From NCBI GenBank assembly GCA_965261055.1, contig OZ253440.1, positions 44,726 to 108,725 of the forward strand: a stretch of 64,000 nt of DNA, in the 5' to 3' direction. Source of the DNA: Fibrobacteria bacterium (lineage in GTDB: Bacteria; Fibrobacterota; Fibrobacteria; UBA11236; JADFYW01). A program made the position numbers and the translations under genes. Shown one piece after another: positions 51,130-61,779 of this stretch (the stretch's first letter is position 1; each line of letters begins with the position of its first letter). The notes below the pieces were generated by a model. The model had not been told where the DNA came from. It saw nothing but the letters and a program-made list of their open reading frames with translations, and searched no databases.

Positions 51130-52149
51130 TTATAAGAACTCTTTTCTTAAAGTATAATTTTCGCGTAGTTCAGTTAATGTGCTTGGTTCGTAATGTTTTT
51201 TATACTGTTCTTTAAAATTCAGATAATCATCCTCAATGGCATACATTTTATTTGATTTTACAACTCCATTTTTAATGTTAGATGTTCTATTGATATAATC
51301 TAAATTAAAGTATGTACAAAAGTATTTTAAAAGTATTTTGGCAGCATTTAATTTAGAGTTTAGAGAATACCCAGCAATATGTGGAGTGACTATGTCACAG
51401 TACGAAAAAAGCTCTTGGCTTAAAAGCGGTTCTTTTGGGAAAACATCTAATATAAGAGATTTTATTTTATTTTCTTGAAGAGCTTTTAATAAAATTTCCT
51501 CTGTTATTAGAGAGCCTCTAGCCGAATTGATTAAATGAAAAGGATGTTGCATATTATCAATCCACTTTTGATTCATGAATTGATAACTGGGGTATGGATT
51601 ATTCTTTGCTAAAGAACAATGTAAAGTTAAAATAGAAGCTTCTTTTTGAAAAGTTTCTAAATTGCAGAGTGGAGGTGTGGACTGATTTAGGAGAGGGTCG
51701 TAAACGAATGTATTTTTAAAATTAAACCTTTGACTACTGTCAAAAACTTTTTTTCCAATATTCCCAAAGCCTATAATTCCTAAAGTTTCCTGCTTCGGTA
51801 TCATTTTTTTTCTGTCAATTAAATACTGAAGAGCTGACGTTGCATAGTTTGATACTGCTGTGCTGTTTGCACCTATAGCACTTTTAAAAATAAGTTGAGG
51901 ACTATTTTGCCAAGTTTTTGAAATGTGGTCAATACCAGATGTTGCTGTTCCTATAAATTGGATATTTGTTGATGATGGTTTAATGGCATTTGTAAAAAAA
52001 AGAGTTTTTGATGAAATAATAAACGCAGAAGGTTTTTGTAAATCAAATTTTTTTAAAGAATCTTTTTCTGGAGAAAATAAAAGAATTTTTCCGTAATCCT
52101 GGAAGAATGGGAGAAAGTCTTTGAGGTTTTTATCAATATAAATCAACAT
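51130..52149 (-). CDS. pdxB: Erythronate-4-phosphate dehydrogenase-like D-2-hydroxyacid dehydrogenase
   Basis: GTATSGIDHI, GIIGFGNIG, LHCSL, INSARG, DVFPKEP, TPHIAGYS. Confidence 0.8.
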   Translation of the reverse strand: MLIYIDKNLKDFLPFFQDYGKILLFSPEKDSLKKFDLQKPSAFIISSKTLFFTNAIKPSSTNIQFIGTATSGIDHISKTWQNSPQLIFKSAIGANSTAVSNYATSALQYLIDRKKMIPKQETLGIIGFGNIGKKVFDSSQRFNFKNTFVYDPLLNQSTPPLCNLETFQKEASILTLHCSLAKNNPYPSYQFMNQKWIDNMQHPFHLINSARGSLITEEILLKALQENKIKSLILDVFPKEPLLSQELFSYCDIVTPHIAGYSLNSKLNAAKILLKYFCTYFNLDYINRTSNIKNGVVKSNKMYAIEDDYLNFKEQYKKHYEPSTLTELRENYTLRKEFL

Positions 52150-52168
52150 ATTTTCTATTTTTTTTTAA

Positions 52169-53086
52169 ATGATAGTGTCCAATAGGAAAATTAAAAAACA
52201 GAAGCGGAAAAAAGTAATAGAAAGGCTAAATTGTTCTATTAAAAACTCTAGATTCCCTTTTGTTTCTAAACAGTGTGTTGTAACTCAAAAAAAACAAACT
52301 GTAGAGTTACTGGATTTAATTTTATCTAGTTTATTTCCAGGGTATTTGGGGGCAGTCTCTACTACGAATCTAACTAATTGCGAGGATTCGTTACAAAAAA
52401 TATTGTCTTTGATTCACCATGGTTTAGAAACACAGCTAAAAAAAATTATTTCTTTTGAAACGGGCTTTCAAATTAAAAATGAAAAAGATATTTTAGAAGC
52501 TGTGGAACACTTTATCCATACACTACCCGATATTCGTGAACACTTGTTAACCGATATTGAAGCCATATATGAAGGTGATCCAGCGGCTCATTCTTTTAAC
52601 GAAATTATTATTGCGTACCCTGGTTTAATTGCAATAGCGATTCACCGTATTTCACATGAATTGTATAAAATAGGTGTTCCAATTTTGCCTCGTATTATGT
52701 CCGAACACGCTCACCAAATAACGGGAGTAGATATTCATCCAGGAGCTGTTATTGGAAAGTATTTTTTTATAGACCACGGTACAGGAGTTGTGATAGGAGA
52801 AACTACAATTATTGGAAACAATGTTAAAATTTATCAAGGCGTTACTTTAGGAGCGTTAAGTTTTCCTAAAGATTTGGAGAGTCGAGTTATTAAAGGAATT
52901 AAACGCCATCCCAACATAGGGGATTTTGTTATTATTTATGCAGGAGCAACAGTTTTAGGAGGCGATACATTTATAGGAGAAAATACTGTAATAGGTGGCA
53001 ATTGTTGGATTACAAGTTCTATTCCATCAGATACAATGGTTAATTTTTCTGTTAATCAAATAAAGAAAACATCGTCTAAGATTTAA
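52169..53086 (+). CDS. cysE: Serine O-acetyltransferase
   Basis: GDPAA, YPG..AI..HRI.H, TGVDIHPGA, IDHGTGVVIGET, KRHP. Confidence 0.93.
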   Translation: MIVSNRKIKKQKRKKVIERLNCSIKNSRFPFVSKQCVVTQKKQTVELLDLILSSLFPGYLGAVSTTNLTNCEDSLQKILSLIHHGLETQLKKIISFETGFQIKNEKDILEAVEHFIHTLPDIREHLLTDIEAIYEGDPAAHSFNEIIIAYPGLIAIAIHRISHELYKIGVPILPRIMSEHAHQITGVDIHPGAVIGKYFFIDHGTGVVIGETTIIGNNVKIYQGVTLGALSFPKDLESRVIKGIKRHPNIGDFVIIYAGATVLGGDTFIGENTVIGGNCWITSSIPSDTMVNFSVNQIKKTSSKI

Positions 53087-53106
53087 GTTTTTAAAAATAA
53101 TTGAAA

Positions 53107-53802
53107 ATGAAATTTAAATTAGCATTTTATTTTCTATTTCAAATTTTAACACCGCCCGTTTGTGAAATAAATGGGTGCCACCGCAAAAAAATCAGATCAG
53201 CTCCGTTATGTCGAAATTGTTACAGAGATTTAAAATCTTTAAAGGTTGATTTATACCAAAAACCAAAAAATGGAGAAAGATTTAAGCTACCTTATTTGTA
53301 TTGGGATTACTTTATCCCTTTTTTTTATTTTGCACAGCCTCTTCAAGAATTAATGCATCATTTTAAATACAATTATTTTTTTTCTTATTCTAATTTAATG
53401 ACTAGGCTAGGCTTAAAACAATGTCCAGAATTAAAGATTTTTAAAAATTTTGATATGATAATTTCAGTGCCTTTACATAAAGCGAAGAGAAGATTTAGAG
53501 GGTATAACCAATCCGATATTATTGCCAATAAAATTGTAGAAGAATTGCAAATTCCATATCAAAAAAATCTTATAAGTCGTATTAAATACAGGAACTCTCA
53601 AACACATTACTCTTTTGATAAAAGGCAAACAAATGTTGAGCAAGCATTTAAAGTAAATCAAAACTTAAAGCATAAGAAAATTATTTTGATAGATGATGTT
53701 GTAACAACTGGAGCGACAACAAGTTCATGTTGTAAAGTTCTAAAACAAGCGGGTTGCAGTAAGATACTAGTGATTAGCCTTGCTAGAGCAATACAAGTTT
53801 AA
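53107..53802 (+). CDS. comF: ComF family amidophosphoribosyltransferase-like protein
   Basis: N-terminal Cys cluster, VPLH...RGYNQS, ILIDDVVTTGAT. Confidence 0.88.
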   Translation: MKFKLAFYFLFQILTPPVCEINGCHRKKIRSAPLCRNCYRDLKSLKVDLYQKPKNGERFKLPYLYWDYFIPFFYFAQPLQELMHHFKYNYFFSYSNLMTRLGLKQCPELKIFKNFDMIISVPLHKAKRRFRGYNQSDIIANKIVEELQIPYQKNLISRIKYRNSQTHYSFDKRQTNVEQAFKVNQNLKHKKIILIDDVVTTGATTSSCCKVLKQAGCSKILVISLARAIQV

Positions 53803-53898
53803 TTATAAGCTTAAAAAAGTGTTAAAACAAGAAAATAATTAGATTTTAAAAATAGAAGATGAAATATCTATATTTATAAGTCATTATCAGGTATTTAA

Positions 53899-54819
53899 AT
53901 GTACGAAATTAAGATAGATATTTTTGAAGGTTCTTTGGATTTACTTGTTTATTTAGTTCAAAAACAAGAATTAGCCCTTGCTCAAATTTCAATCGCTAGT
54001 ATTGCAGATCAGTATATTCAGTATTTAAATCGAACAGGTGTTGAGAACTTATCAAACACAGGTGATTTTTTAGTAATGGCGTCTCGTCTAATGTGGTTAA
54101 AGGTAAGGGAGTTGTTACAAGATGAAAAAAATGAAGAAGATTTGGAGTTAAGTTTTGATAAACAACAAATTTTACAACAAGTTATAGATCACCAAATTTT
54201 CAAAGAGATTTCTGAATACTTTCGTCAAAAAGAATTAGAGAACATTGGTTCGTTTTACCGAGGAAGCCGAGAACGATTAGCTTTTGAAAAAAATTTAGAT
54301 GTTTTAGATAAGAATGTAGATACCTTTGATTTATTATGCTCTTTTGTAAAATTAGTTCATTCTCAAAAAGAAAAGATTGTATATGAAGTTAGTATAGACG
54401 ATATTACAATTGAAACTCAAATTCAACGATTGCGTCAATTTCTTTTAACTCAGACTATTTTTCAATTAAGTTTTTTCTGTGAAAGAGACCGTCGTCATAT
54501 TTTTTTAGTGACAACTTTTATGGCAGTTTTAGAGTTAGTAAAACTAGGAGAATTAGGAATTTTACAAAATCAATTTTGTGGTGAAATAAAGGTTTATAAA
54601 AACGAACCTCGAATTGTTTCTGAAATTGAAAAACCAGAGCTAGAATGGGAAGACGAAAATTTGGAGAAGAATGTTTTAAGGCAATTAAAAGAAGCTTCAA
54701 ATCAACGAGAACCAACGGAATTAGAAAAATTGCTTCAAAATGCAGAGCAAGAGCTAGAGTCCCATCAAAATTTATTTCTAGTACTAGAAAAAACGCCTTT
54801 GCAATTATTGGATATTTAA
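53899..54819 (+). CDS. scpA: Segregation and condensation protein A
   Basis: FEGSLDLLVYLV, DFLVMASRL, VTTFMAVLELVK. Confidence 0.92.
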   Translation: MYEIKIDIFEGSLDLLVYLVQKQELALAQISIASIADQYIQYLNRTGVENLSNTGDFLVMASRLMWLKVRELLQDEKNEEDLELSFDKQQILQQVIDHQIFKEISEYFRQKELENIGSFYRGSRERLAFEKNLDVLDKNVDTFDLLCSFVKLVHSQKEKIVYEVSIDDITIETQIQRLRQFLLTQTIFQLSFFCERDRRHIFLVTTFMAVLELVKLGELGILQNQFCGEIKVYKNEPRIVSEIEKPELEWEDENLEKNVLRQLKEASNQREPTELEKLLQNAEQELESHQNLFLVLEKTPLQLLDI

Positions 54820-54822
54820 ATT

Positions 54823-55569
54823 ATGACGGATATAGAAACCAACAAATCACTACATCAAATTATAAAGGTTTTAATTTTTGCATCTGTTGAGCCATTAACA
54901 ATACAATCTTTGTATTCTGTTCTTGGAGGGGATATAAACCAGAAAATTATATTGGAACAAGTAGAAAAGATTAACCAAGAATTTGTAGAACAGGAACAAC
55001 CTTTTGAAGTTTTAGTTGCGTCAGGTACTTTGGTTTTTAGAACACGTTCAGAATATCAAAACTGGTTACAGAAATTATTTAAAGATAATGCTAAAAAAAA
55101 ATTATCGACAGCTTCTTTGGAAGTTTTGTCTATTGTTGCTTATAAACAACCTATTACCAAAAATGAAATAGAAGAAATTAGAGGTGTTACTGTTGATGTA
55201 ATTTTAAAAAATCTATTAGAGAGAAAACTCTTAGCAATTGTTGGTCGTTCCAGTCGTATTGGAAGTCCTAATGAATATGGTACAACAAAAGAATTTTGTC
55301 GTTACTTTAACATTAATCAAGTTCCTAGAGATTTACCTAAATTTTCAGAATTCTCAAATTTAGTAGAATCTTCTGAATATATTAAACAAATAAAAGGCAC
55401 TGCTCAAGAAGAAAAGAATTCTGAAGAAGAGCAAGAGTCTCAAGTTGAGAATCTTAATGTAGAAGCTAGTCTAAAAGTAAAAGAAGAAATTGAATCAGAT
55501 GAGTTACAGGATGATCAAGATGTCGAAGAAACTTCTGAAATTCAAGAAGATTCTATATCTGATTTATAG
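54823..55569 (+). CDS. scpB: Segregation and condensation protein B
   Basis: LSTASLEVLSIVAYKQPITK.EIEEIRGV, GSPNEYGTT..F; acidic tail. Confidence 0.94.
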   Translation: MTDIETNKSLHQIIKVLIFASVEPLTIQSLYSVLGGDINQKIILEQVEKINQEFVEQEQPFEVLVASGTLVFRTRSEYQNWLQKLFKDNAKKKLSTASLEVLSIVAYKQPITKNEIEEIRGVTVDVILKNLLERKLLAIVGRSSRIGSPNEYGTTKEFCRYFNINQVPRDLPKFSEFSNLVESSEYIKQIKGTAQEEKNSEEEQESQVENLNVEASLKVKEEIESDELQDDQDVEETSEIQEDSISDL

Positions 55570-55587
55570 TATAAAGGAGAGTTTATT

Positions 55588-58182
55588 TTGACTCCTCTAA
55601 TGTTACAATACAATAAAATTAAAAGCGAACATCAAGATTGTTTATTGTTATTTCGTATGGGAGATTTTTATGAGTTCTTTCATGACGATGCTGTGATAGC
55701 ATCGAAATTACTAGGAATAACTTTGACATCTCGTAATAGTAAAGGTAAAATCGCTGTAAAATTGGCTGGTTTTCCATACCACTCTTTAGAGCGTTATGCA
55801 CCTATTTTGGTCAGGTCTGGAAATAAAATTGCGATATGTGAACAGCTAGAACTTCCTACAAAAGGAAAGACTATTGTTAAACGAGAGGTTGTTGAGATTA
55901 TTACGCGTGGAACAACCTTAGATGCTAATTGTCTAGAATCCAAAAGAAATAACTATTTAGCAGCAATCAATTATAATGCTAAATCAAATCAATGTGGATT
56001 GTCTTATTTAGATTTGAGTACAGGAAACTTTAGTTTGACGGAAGGTCATTTTTCACAAGTTTTAGATGAAATAGTACGTTTAGGTGTTGGAGAGGTTTTA
56101 ATTTCTAGTAACAGTTCTGTTTATTCTAAAGTTCAAAAAAGTACCGATATTGAAAAGCAACTTTTGACTAGTATTTCAGAGATGGACTTTGACAATGTGT
56201 CCTCTATAGATTCTTTAAAAAGGCATTTTAAAGTTATTTCTTTAGAAGCTTTCGGAATTCAAGAAGAAAGTTTAGCGGTAGGTTGTGCTGGATCTATTTT
56301 GAATTATGTTTTATTAATGAAAAAGACGGAGTTATCTCATCTTGTTAAATTGCAGTGGAAGAATTTAAATGAATACATGAATTTAGATCAATCCAGTGTT
56401 CGAAATTTAGAGATTATCTCGACTCTAAATCATGATGATAAAGAAGAAACTCTATATAGATTACTAAATAGAACTTTAACCCCAATGGGAAGTCGTTTAC
56501 TCTATTATTGGTTAGTGCATCCACTAAAAAATTTACAGGTAATTCAAACACGACAAAAAGCAATACAGTTTTTTTTGAATAAAGAGGGTATTCTGGATAG
56601 AATTAGGGAGTCTTTAAATTCTATTGATGATGTTGAACGCTTATCCTCTAAAATAGGTTCACAACGAGCTCATTCTAGAGATCTTTTAAGTTTAGGTAAA
56701 TCTCTGATTCAAATTGTAGAAGTCGTTGATTTAATGAGTCAAACGGATTTAGAAATATTTTCTTCTTTAAAAATTGATTCTTTATTAGTTAGGAATTGGG
56801 GTGAAAATATTTGTAACCGTTTTTTGGAGTCACCACCTTTGTCTATTAAAGAAGGTGGAATGCTAAATCCAAATTATTATCCAGAAATTTCCAAAATTTT
56901 AGAGGACTCCAAGGAAGGTCGAAATTGGTTTAACGATTTAGAGAAAACTCTAAAACAGCAGACAAAAATACCAAAACTAAAAGTTTCTTTTAATCGCATT
57001 TTTGGATATTTTGTAGAAGTTTCAAACCAGTACACTGCGTTAATTCCAGATTACTTTATCCCTAAACAATCTTTGACGAGTGCAACACGTTATACAACAG
57101 TAGAGATGAAAGAATGGGAAATTAAAGTTTTACAAGCTAAAGAAAAAGTGTCTATGGTTGAATACCGTCTTTTTTGTGAACTACGAGATGAATTAAGTCT
57201 TGAAATACCAAATTTTTTACAACTTTCTGAATGGGTTGCAAAAGTAGATGTGTTGTATTCTTTTTCTGAATATGCTTTAGCTACAAAATCTTGTTTGCCT
57301 ACAGTAAACTATTCCGATATGATTGAGATTAAAGAAGGAAGGCACCCTGTTGTTGAGTCTTTAATAGAAGAAGGTCAATATATTTCTAATGATATTACTA
57401 TGGATTGTGATTCTAGACAGATTTTACTAATGACGGGTCCAAATATGGCAGGTAAGTCTACTTATTTAAGACAAACTGCTCTTATTGTTTTAATGGCTCA
57501 AGTGGGTAGTTTCGTTCCTGCGGAATCGGCGAAAATTGGTATTGTTGATGCTATTTTTACGAGAGTAGGTGCGTCAGATAGATTGGCTCAAGGTAAAAGT
57601 ACTTTTATGGTTGAGATGTTAGAAACTGCAGCGATTTTAAATAATGCAACGCCTCAAAGTTTAATTTTATTAGATGAGGTTGGCAGAGGAACGAGTACTT
57701 ATGATGGACTTTCTTTGGCACAATCCATTGTAGAAGAAATACATAATAATTCTAAGGTTGCTTCTAAAACTTTATTTGCAACACATTATCATGAACTTAC
57801 AGACCTTTCTAGGGTTTTACCGAGAGTCATTAACTTACAGATATTAATTAAAGAGATTGATGAGAAGCTTGTTTTTTTAAGGAAGGTTGTTGAGGGCAAA
57901 TGTGATTCAAGTTATGGAATACAAGTTGCAACAATGGCTGGAATTCCAAAACAAGTAACGATTAGAGCTAAAGAAATTTTGGCTACTCTTGAAGATAATT
58001 CTTATACGCTACAATCAACTCAAAATGAAAAATCTTTTCAAAGTCCTTTATTATCTAAACTAGATGTAAGAGATCAAGAAAACTTAAAGTGGCTTGAGCA
58101 AATAAAAAAGATAGACTTGAATGTAATTACACCTTTGGATTTGATGCAAAGAATCCAAGACTTAAAATCAAAATTACAGTAG
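55588..58182 (+). CDS. mutS: DNA mismatch repair protein MutS
   Basis: TPLM.QY, FRMGDFYEFF, TGPNMAGKSTYLRQ, STFMVEM, DEVGRGTST; TTG start with RBS AAGGAG. Confidence 0.97.
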   Translation: MTPLMLQYNKIKSEHQDCLLLFRMGDFYEFFHDDAVIASKLLGITLTSRNSKGKIAVKLAGFPYHSLERYAPILVRSGNKIAICEQLELPTKGKTIVKREVVEIITRGTTLDANCLESKRNNYLAAINYNAKSNQCGLSYLDLSTGNFSLTEGHFSQVLDEIVRLGVGEVLISSNSSVYSKVQKSTDIEKQLLTSISEMDFDNVSSIDSLKRHFKVISLEAFGIQEESLAVGCAGSILNYVLLMKKTELSHLVKLQWKNLNEYMNLDQSSVRNLEIISTLNHDDKEETLYRLLNRTLTPMGSRLLYYWLVHPLKNLQVIQTRQKAIQFFLNKEGILDRIRESLNSIDDVERLSSKIGSQRAHSRDLLSLGKSLIQIVEVVDLMSQTDLEIFSSLKIDSLLVRNWGENICNRFLESPPLSIKEGGMLNPNYYPEISKILEDSKEGRNWFNDLEKTLKQQTKIPKLKVSFNRIFGYFVEVSNQYTALIPDYFIPKQSLTSATRYTTVEMKEWEIKVLQAKEKVSMVEYRLFCELRDELSLEIPNFLQLSEWVAKVDVLYSFSEYALATKSCLPTVNYSDMIEIKEGRHPVVESLIEEGQYISNDITMDCDSRQILLMTGPNMAGKSTYLRQTALIVLMAQVGSFVPAESAKIGIVDAIFTRVGASDRLAQGKSTFMVEMLETAAILNNATPQSLILLDEVGRGTSTYDGLSLAQSIVEEIHNNSKVASKTLFATHYHELTDLSRVLPRVINLQILIKEIDEKLVFLRKVVEGKCDSSYGIQVATMAGIPKQVTIRAKEILATLEDNSYTLQSTQNEKSFQSPLLSKLDVRDQENLKWLEQIKKIDLNVITPLDLMQRIQDLKSKLQ

Positions 58183-58185
58183 TTT

Positions 58186-58914
58186 TTATAAGAACAGCAA
58201 TGAGATAATATAAGAGCTAAATAAGATTGCAATGTTAGTTGACATTACAGAAAGTTGAGAAATTTTACCTATTTTATCTGGTCCTCCTCGGCAGTAATAA
58301 CCAAAGTAACACCCAAAGCTTGTTATTAAAAATCCGAAAGAGACTGATTTTACAAGACTAATAATAACATCTTTATTTTCAAAAAAAAGTTTTAGTCCAG
58401 TAAGAAAAGTAGATACCGATAAATCACGAAAAAAGAGAACAACAAGTAGAGAGCCTAAAATACCTGTGGTTGCTGAAACAATAATGAGTAGGGGTAACGC
58501 AATAAGTCCTGCTAATAGTCGGGGTACAATTAAATATTTAAAGGGATCTAAATTATTAGCTCTCATAGCATCTAATTGTTCAGATATTGCCATTGTTCCA
58601 ATCTCAGCGGTAATAGAACCGCTAATTTTTCCAGACACGATAATGGCTGTTAAAACAGGTCCTAAATCAAGTAAAATGCTTTTTTGTGTAGCTGTTCCAA
58701 TATATTGTAAGGGTATGATGTTACCTAATAGAGAAATAGATTGTATAGCAATAATTGCTCCAGTAAAGACGGCTACAGTTAAAGTTAATGGAAGAGATAG
58801 AAAAGTAATATTTCTAATTTGATATAAAATTGAATGTGGGCGTAACAAACAAAAAATAAGTTGCTTTAGGCAATTAAAATAGAATGAACTAATTTTAGTG
58901 ATACTCCAAAACAT
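58186..58914 (-). CDS. mlaE: MlaE family ABC permease
   Basis: LGPVLTAII..GK..GSITAEIGTM..SEQLDAM...DP..YL..PR. Confidence 0.9.
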   Translation of the reverse strand: MFWSITKISSFYFNCLKQLIFCLLRPHSILYQIRNITFLSLPLTLTVAVFTGAIIAIQSISLLGNIIPLQYIGTATQKSILLDLGPVLTAIIVSGKISGSITAEIGTMAISEQLDAMRANNLDPFKYLIVPRLLAGLIALPLLIIVSATTGILGSLLVVLFFRDLSVSTFLTGLKLFFENKDVIISLVKSVSFGFLITSFGCYFGYYCRGGPDKIGKISQLSVMSTNIAILFSSYIISLLFL

Positions 58915-58918
58915 AATT

Positions 58919-60679
58919 TTAACCGAGTTGTTTTTTAAACTTTTCTTTGAAAAAATTTTCTAGTTCAATATGATCTTTAAATTTAAAAATTTGATTTTTT
59001 AGCTGTTTTAAATCGTGGTATGACAAAGATTTAATAAACGGTTTCATTGTTAAGGTATCATAGACATTCATAGAAAAATGTCTGATTCCTAGAGTGATTA
59101 AAATTAAGATGGATAGAGGAGAATTAGCCATTTCACCACATAAACATAGAGGAATATTATTTTTCTTACAAACACGACTAATATTAGAAATCAGTTTTAA
59201 AATAGATGAATGGTGTGAATTATAAAGATTTGCAATATTTCGATTAGTACGATCTACTGCCTGTGTAAATTGTACTAAATCGTTTGTCCCTATATGGAAA
59301 AAATCAGCGTGTTCCACAAAATCTTCAATAGAGATTGCAGCGGATGGAATTTCAATCATACAGCCTAAAGGAATATTTTCATCAACAGGAATATTTTGCT
59401 TGATACATTCTTGGATAATGGATTGGGTTATTTCTTTTAGTTCTATAAAATCTTGAGCAGTACTAATAAAAGGAAATAATATTTTAATATTTTTTCTTGT
59501 AGCACTTGCTTTCAAAATAGCTCTAAGTTGGTCTTTTAAGATAGTACTTTGTTTTAAAGTAAAACGAGTTGACCTAAATCCCATACTGGAGTTAATTTCA
59601 TGCATAAGATTAGGAAATCCAGGTACATTTTTGTCATAATCAGAATCAAAAGTACGAATAATAAAATGACCATTGGTGAGTTTGTTGCTAACAGAACTAT
59701 AAACTTTATATTGTTCTTGTTCCGTAAGAACACGCCCTTGGCTCATTAATAGATATTCGGATCGATATAATCCAATAGAGTTGATTCCTTTTTGAATTAT
59801 TTTATCTATTTCTTGATAAAATTCCATGTTAGAGTCAATTTGAATGGGAATTAAATCTTGATTTTTTGATTCTTTCTGTATATTTTCAGTTTGTTTTAAC
59901 TTAAGTTCTAATTGGTTTTTTTTGTTTTGTCTTTGATATTTTTTTATGTCTTGGTTGGAAGGATTAATGATTAAAGTACCTTCCGTCGCATTCAAAATGG
60001 AATAGCAACCTTCGTACATCGCTAATTTTTGTACTGATACTCCTGAAATTGTGGGAAGCTGTAGTGAACGAGTAATAATTGAAAAATGTGAATTTTTAAT
60101 TTCAGATTGAGTGATAATTCCTTTTACAAACTGATTTTGTAATCGACTTAGTAGTGAAGAAAAAGTATCTTTGATAATTAGGATAGTTGGTGATGCGTAA
60201 TGTTCTTTTTTCTTTCTTTTATTGAGTATGTCTAAAACTCGGCTACTCACATCTTCAAGATCTTGGGTTCGACTTTGGAAGTATTTGTTTTTAGTACTTC
60301 CTAATTTATTAATTATATTTTGAATGATAATAAAGTAAGAATAAGCCGCGTCTGTTAAATTTGTTTGCATATTTTCCTTAACTAAGGAAGTGACAACAGG
60401 GTCTTTTAAAATTAAAAGATGGGCATCGAAAATTTTGTTTTCTTCGGAAGTTAGTTTTTTGCGTAACTGATTTTGAATAAGAACGATTTGTTTTTCAGCT
60501 TTTATTAATGTTTTTTCAAATTTTAAAATCTCTTTTCCAATTTGATTTTCTTTAATATAATTTTTAGTAACTTCGTTTTGTAAGTCACCACTTAAAAAGT
60601 GTAATTTCCCCATGCTAGCTCCTTTAGAACAGCATGATAATTTAATTATCTTCTTTCTACTTAAAAGTAAGAGGGACAT
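58919..60679 (-). CDS. ptsI: PTS enzyme I (PEP-protein phosphotransferase)
   Basis: KIFDAHLLIL.D, SH.SII.RSL, GLYRSE, IRTFD, GFRSTR, MIEIPSAA, IGTNDL.Q, CGEMA. Confidence 0.9.
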   Translation of the reverse strand: MSLLLLSRKKIIKLSCCSKGASMGKLHFLSGDLQNEVTKNYIKENQIGKEILKFEKTLIKAEKQIVLIQNQLRKKLTSEENKIFDAHLLILKDPVVTSLVKENMQTNLTDAAYSYFIIIQNIINKLGSTKNKYFQSRTQDLEDVSSRVLDILNKRKKKEHYASPTILIIKDTFSSLLSRLQNQFVKGIITQSEIKNSHFSIITRSLQLPTISGVSVQKLAMYEGCYSILNATEGTLIINPSNQDIKKYQRQNKKNQLELKLKQTENIQKESKNQDLIPIQIDSNMEFYQEIDKIIQKGINSIGLYRSEYLLMSQGRVLTEQEQYKVYSSVSNKLTNGHFIIRTFDSDYDKNVPGFPNLMHEINSSMGFRSTRFTLKQSTILKDQLRAILKASATRKNIKILFPFISTAQDFIELKEITQSIIQECIKQNIPVDENIPLGCMIEIPSAAISIEDFVEHADFFHIGTNDLVQFTQAVDRTNRNIANLYNSHHSSILKLISNISRVCKKNNIPLCLCGEMANSPLSILILITLGIRHFSMNVYDTLTMKPFIKSLSYHDLKQLKNQIFKFKDHIELENFFKEKFKKQLG

Positions 60680-60680
60680 T

Positions 60681-60944
60681 TTAATTTTCAGTTTGTTGGC
60701 TTAGAAGAGTTTTCACTTCTTGAATAACAATTTTTTCATCTTCTCCATCTACAATTACATGGATTTTAGAAAGGTGTTCGGCTACTAGCATGAGTAAGTT
60801 TAAAATAGATTTAGCATTTGCTTCTGTACCATCTTTAATAAAAGTAACTTTGCTTTTATATTGGCTTAAAACAGTTACAATTTGAGTTGCTGGACGAGCA
60901 TGAATTCCAAATTTGTTTCTGACAATCAGTGTTTCTTCTATCAT
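60681..60944 (-). CDS. ptsH: Phosphocarrier HPr
   Basis: GIHARPA (His15) and ANAKSIL (Ser46). Confidence 0.93.
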   Translation of the reverse strand: MIEETLIVRNKFGIHARPATQIVTVLSQYKSKVTFIKDGTEANAKSILNLLMLVAEHLSKIHVIVDGEDEKIVIQEVKTLLSQQTEN

Positions 60945-60945
60945 A

Positions 60946-61716
60946 CTAAAACAAATCTACATCAATTGAGATATTTTTTGAATGATTAATTTGTGTAACA
61001 ATAGAATCGGATTTTTCTATAAAACTTTTAATGTGAGTTATAAATTTAGGATCGTTTAAAGAGTCGCTTATAGACGCAAAATTAGAAGTCATTTTTTCCA
61101 AATTTTTTGATATGTTTTTGATAGGGTTTTGTAATTGATTTAAAAATTGAATAGTAGAATCAAGAGCGTGGATTGTTGAGTTCATATTTTTAAACAAAGT
61201 TTGCGTATTTTGAGAAATAACCAACAGTATTTGATTGGCTTCTGAAAGAAGGTTTCCAGCTTCGGCCATAACTTCAGGGATTCCCGAATCAAACAACCCA
61301 GCATTTTGAAGCGTTGATCCTGGTAGAAGATTTTCCGAAGAAGTACCTAAAAGGATGTTGATTTCTCTTTCCCCCATTAAACCAATATTTTGAATTGATA
61401 TCTTTGAATCCATAGGGAGATTAAGTGGGTAAACAACACCTGTTTCTTTATCTGTGAAATTTGTTTTAAGACTAAAGGTAACTTTAACTTGACCTTGCCA
61501 TAGCTCGGTGCGAATAACTTCACCTAGTAAAATCCCACTAATTTTAACAGGATCACCACTATTAAGAGCTCCTACAGTAGGAAATATTACGGAATAGGAT
61601 ACTTTTTCTCCGTTAACGGTACCTTGTAGAAAACGAATACCAAAAAATAAGAGTAAAAATCCTAATATTACAATAAATCCGACGATAAAATAGTTTTTAA
61701 AATCTGAGCTCTCCAT
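60946..61716 (-). CDS. mlaD: MlaD/MCE family protein
   Basis: N-terminal TM, GALNSGDPVKISGI..GEV, GLMGEREINI, C-terminal helical region. Confidence 0.88.
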   Translation of the reverse strand: MESSDFKNYFIVGFIVILGFLLLFFGIRFLQGTVNGEKVSYSVIFPTVGALNSGDPVKISGILLGEVIRTELWQGQVKVTFSLKTNFTDKETGVVYPLNLPMDSKISIQNIGLMGEREINILLGTSSENLLPGSTLQNAGLFDSGIPEVMAEAGNLLSEANQILLVISQNTQTLFKNMNSTIHALDSTIQFLNQLQNPIKNISKNLEKMTSNFASISDSLNDPKFITHIKSFIEKSDSIVTQINHSKNISIDVDLF

Positions 61717-61779
61717 TGACACAAAGATACTAATTTTTAAAGTGATTATCTATGACGAAACAGAAATAACATATTTGAG

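Noticed and set aside
58919-60679. Enzyme I as a catalytically dead pseudo-enzyme
   Set aside because: The region around the phospho-His is divergent (KNSHFSII), but the His and the PEP-binding motifs are retained.
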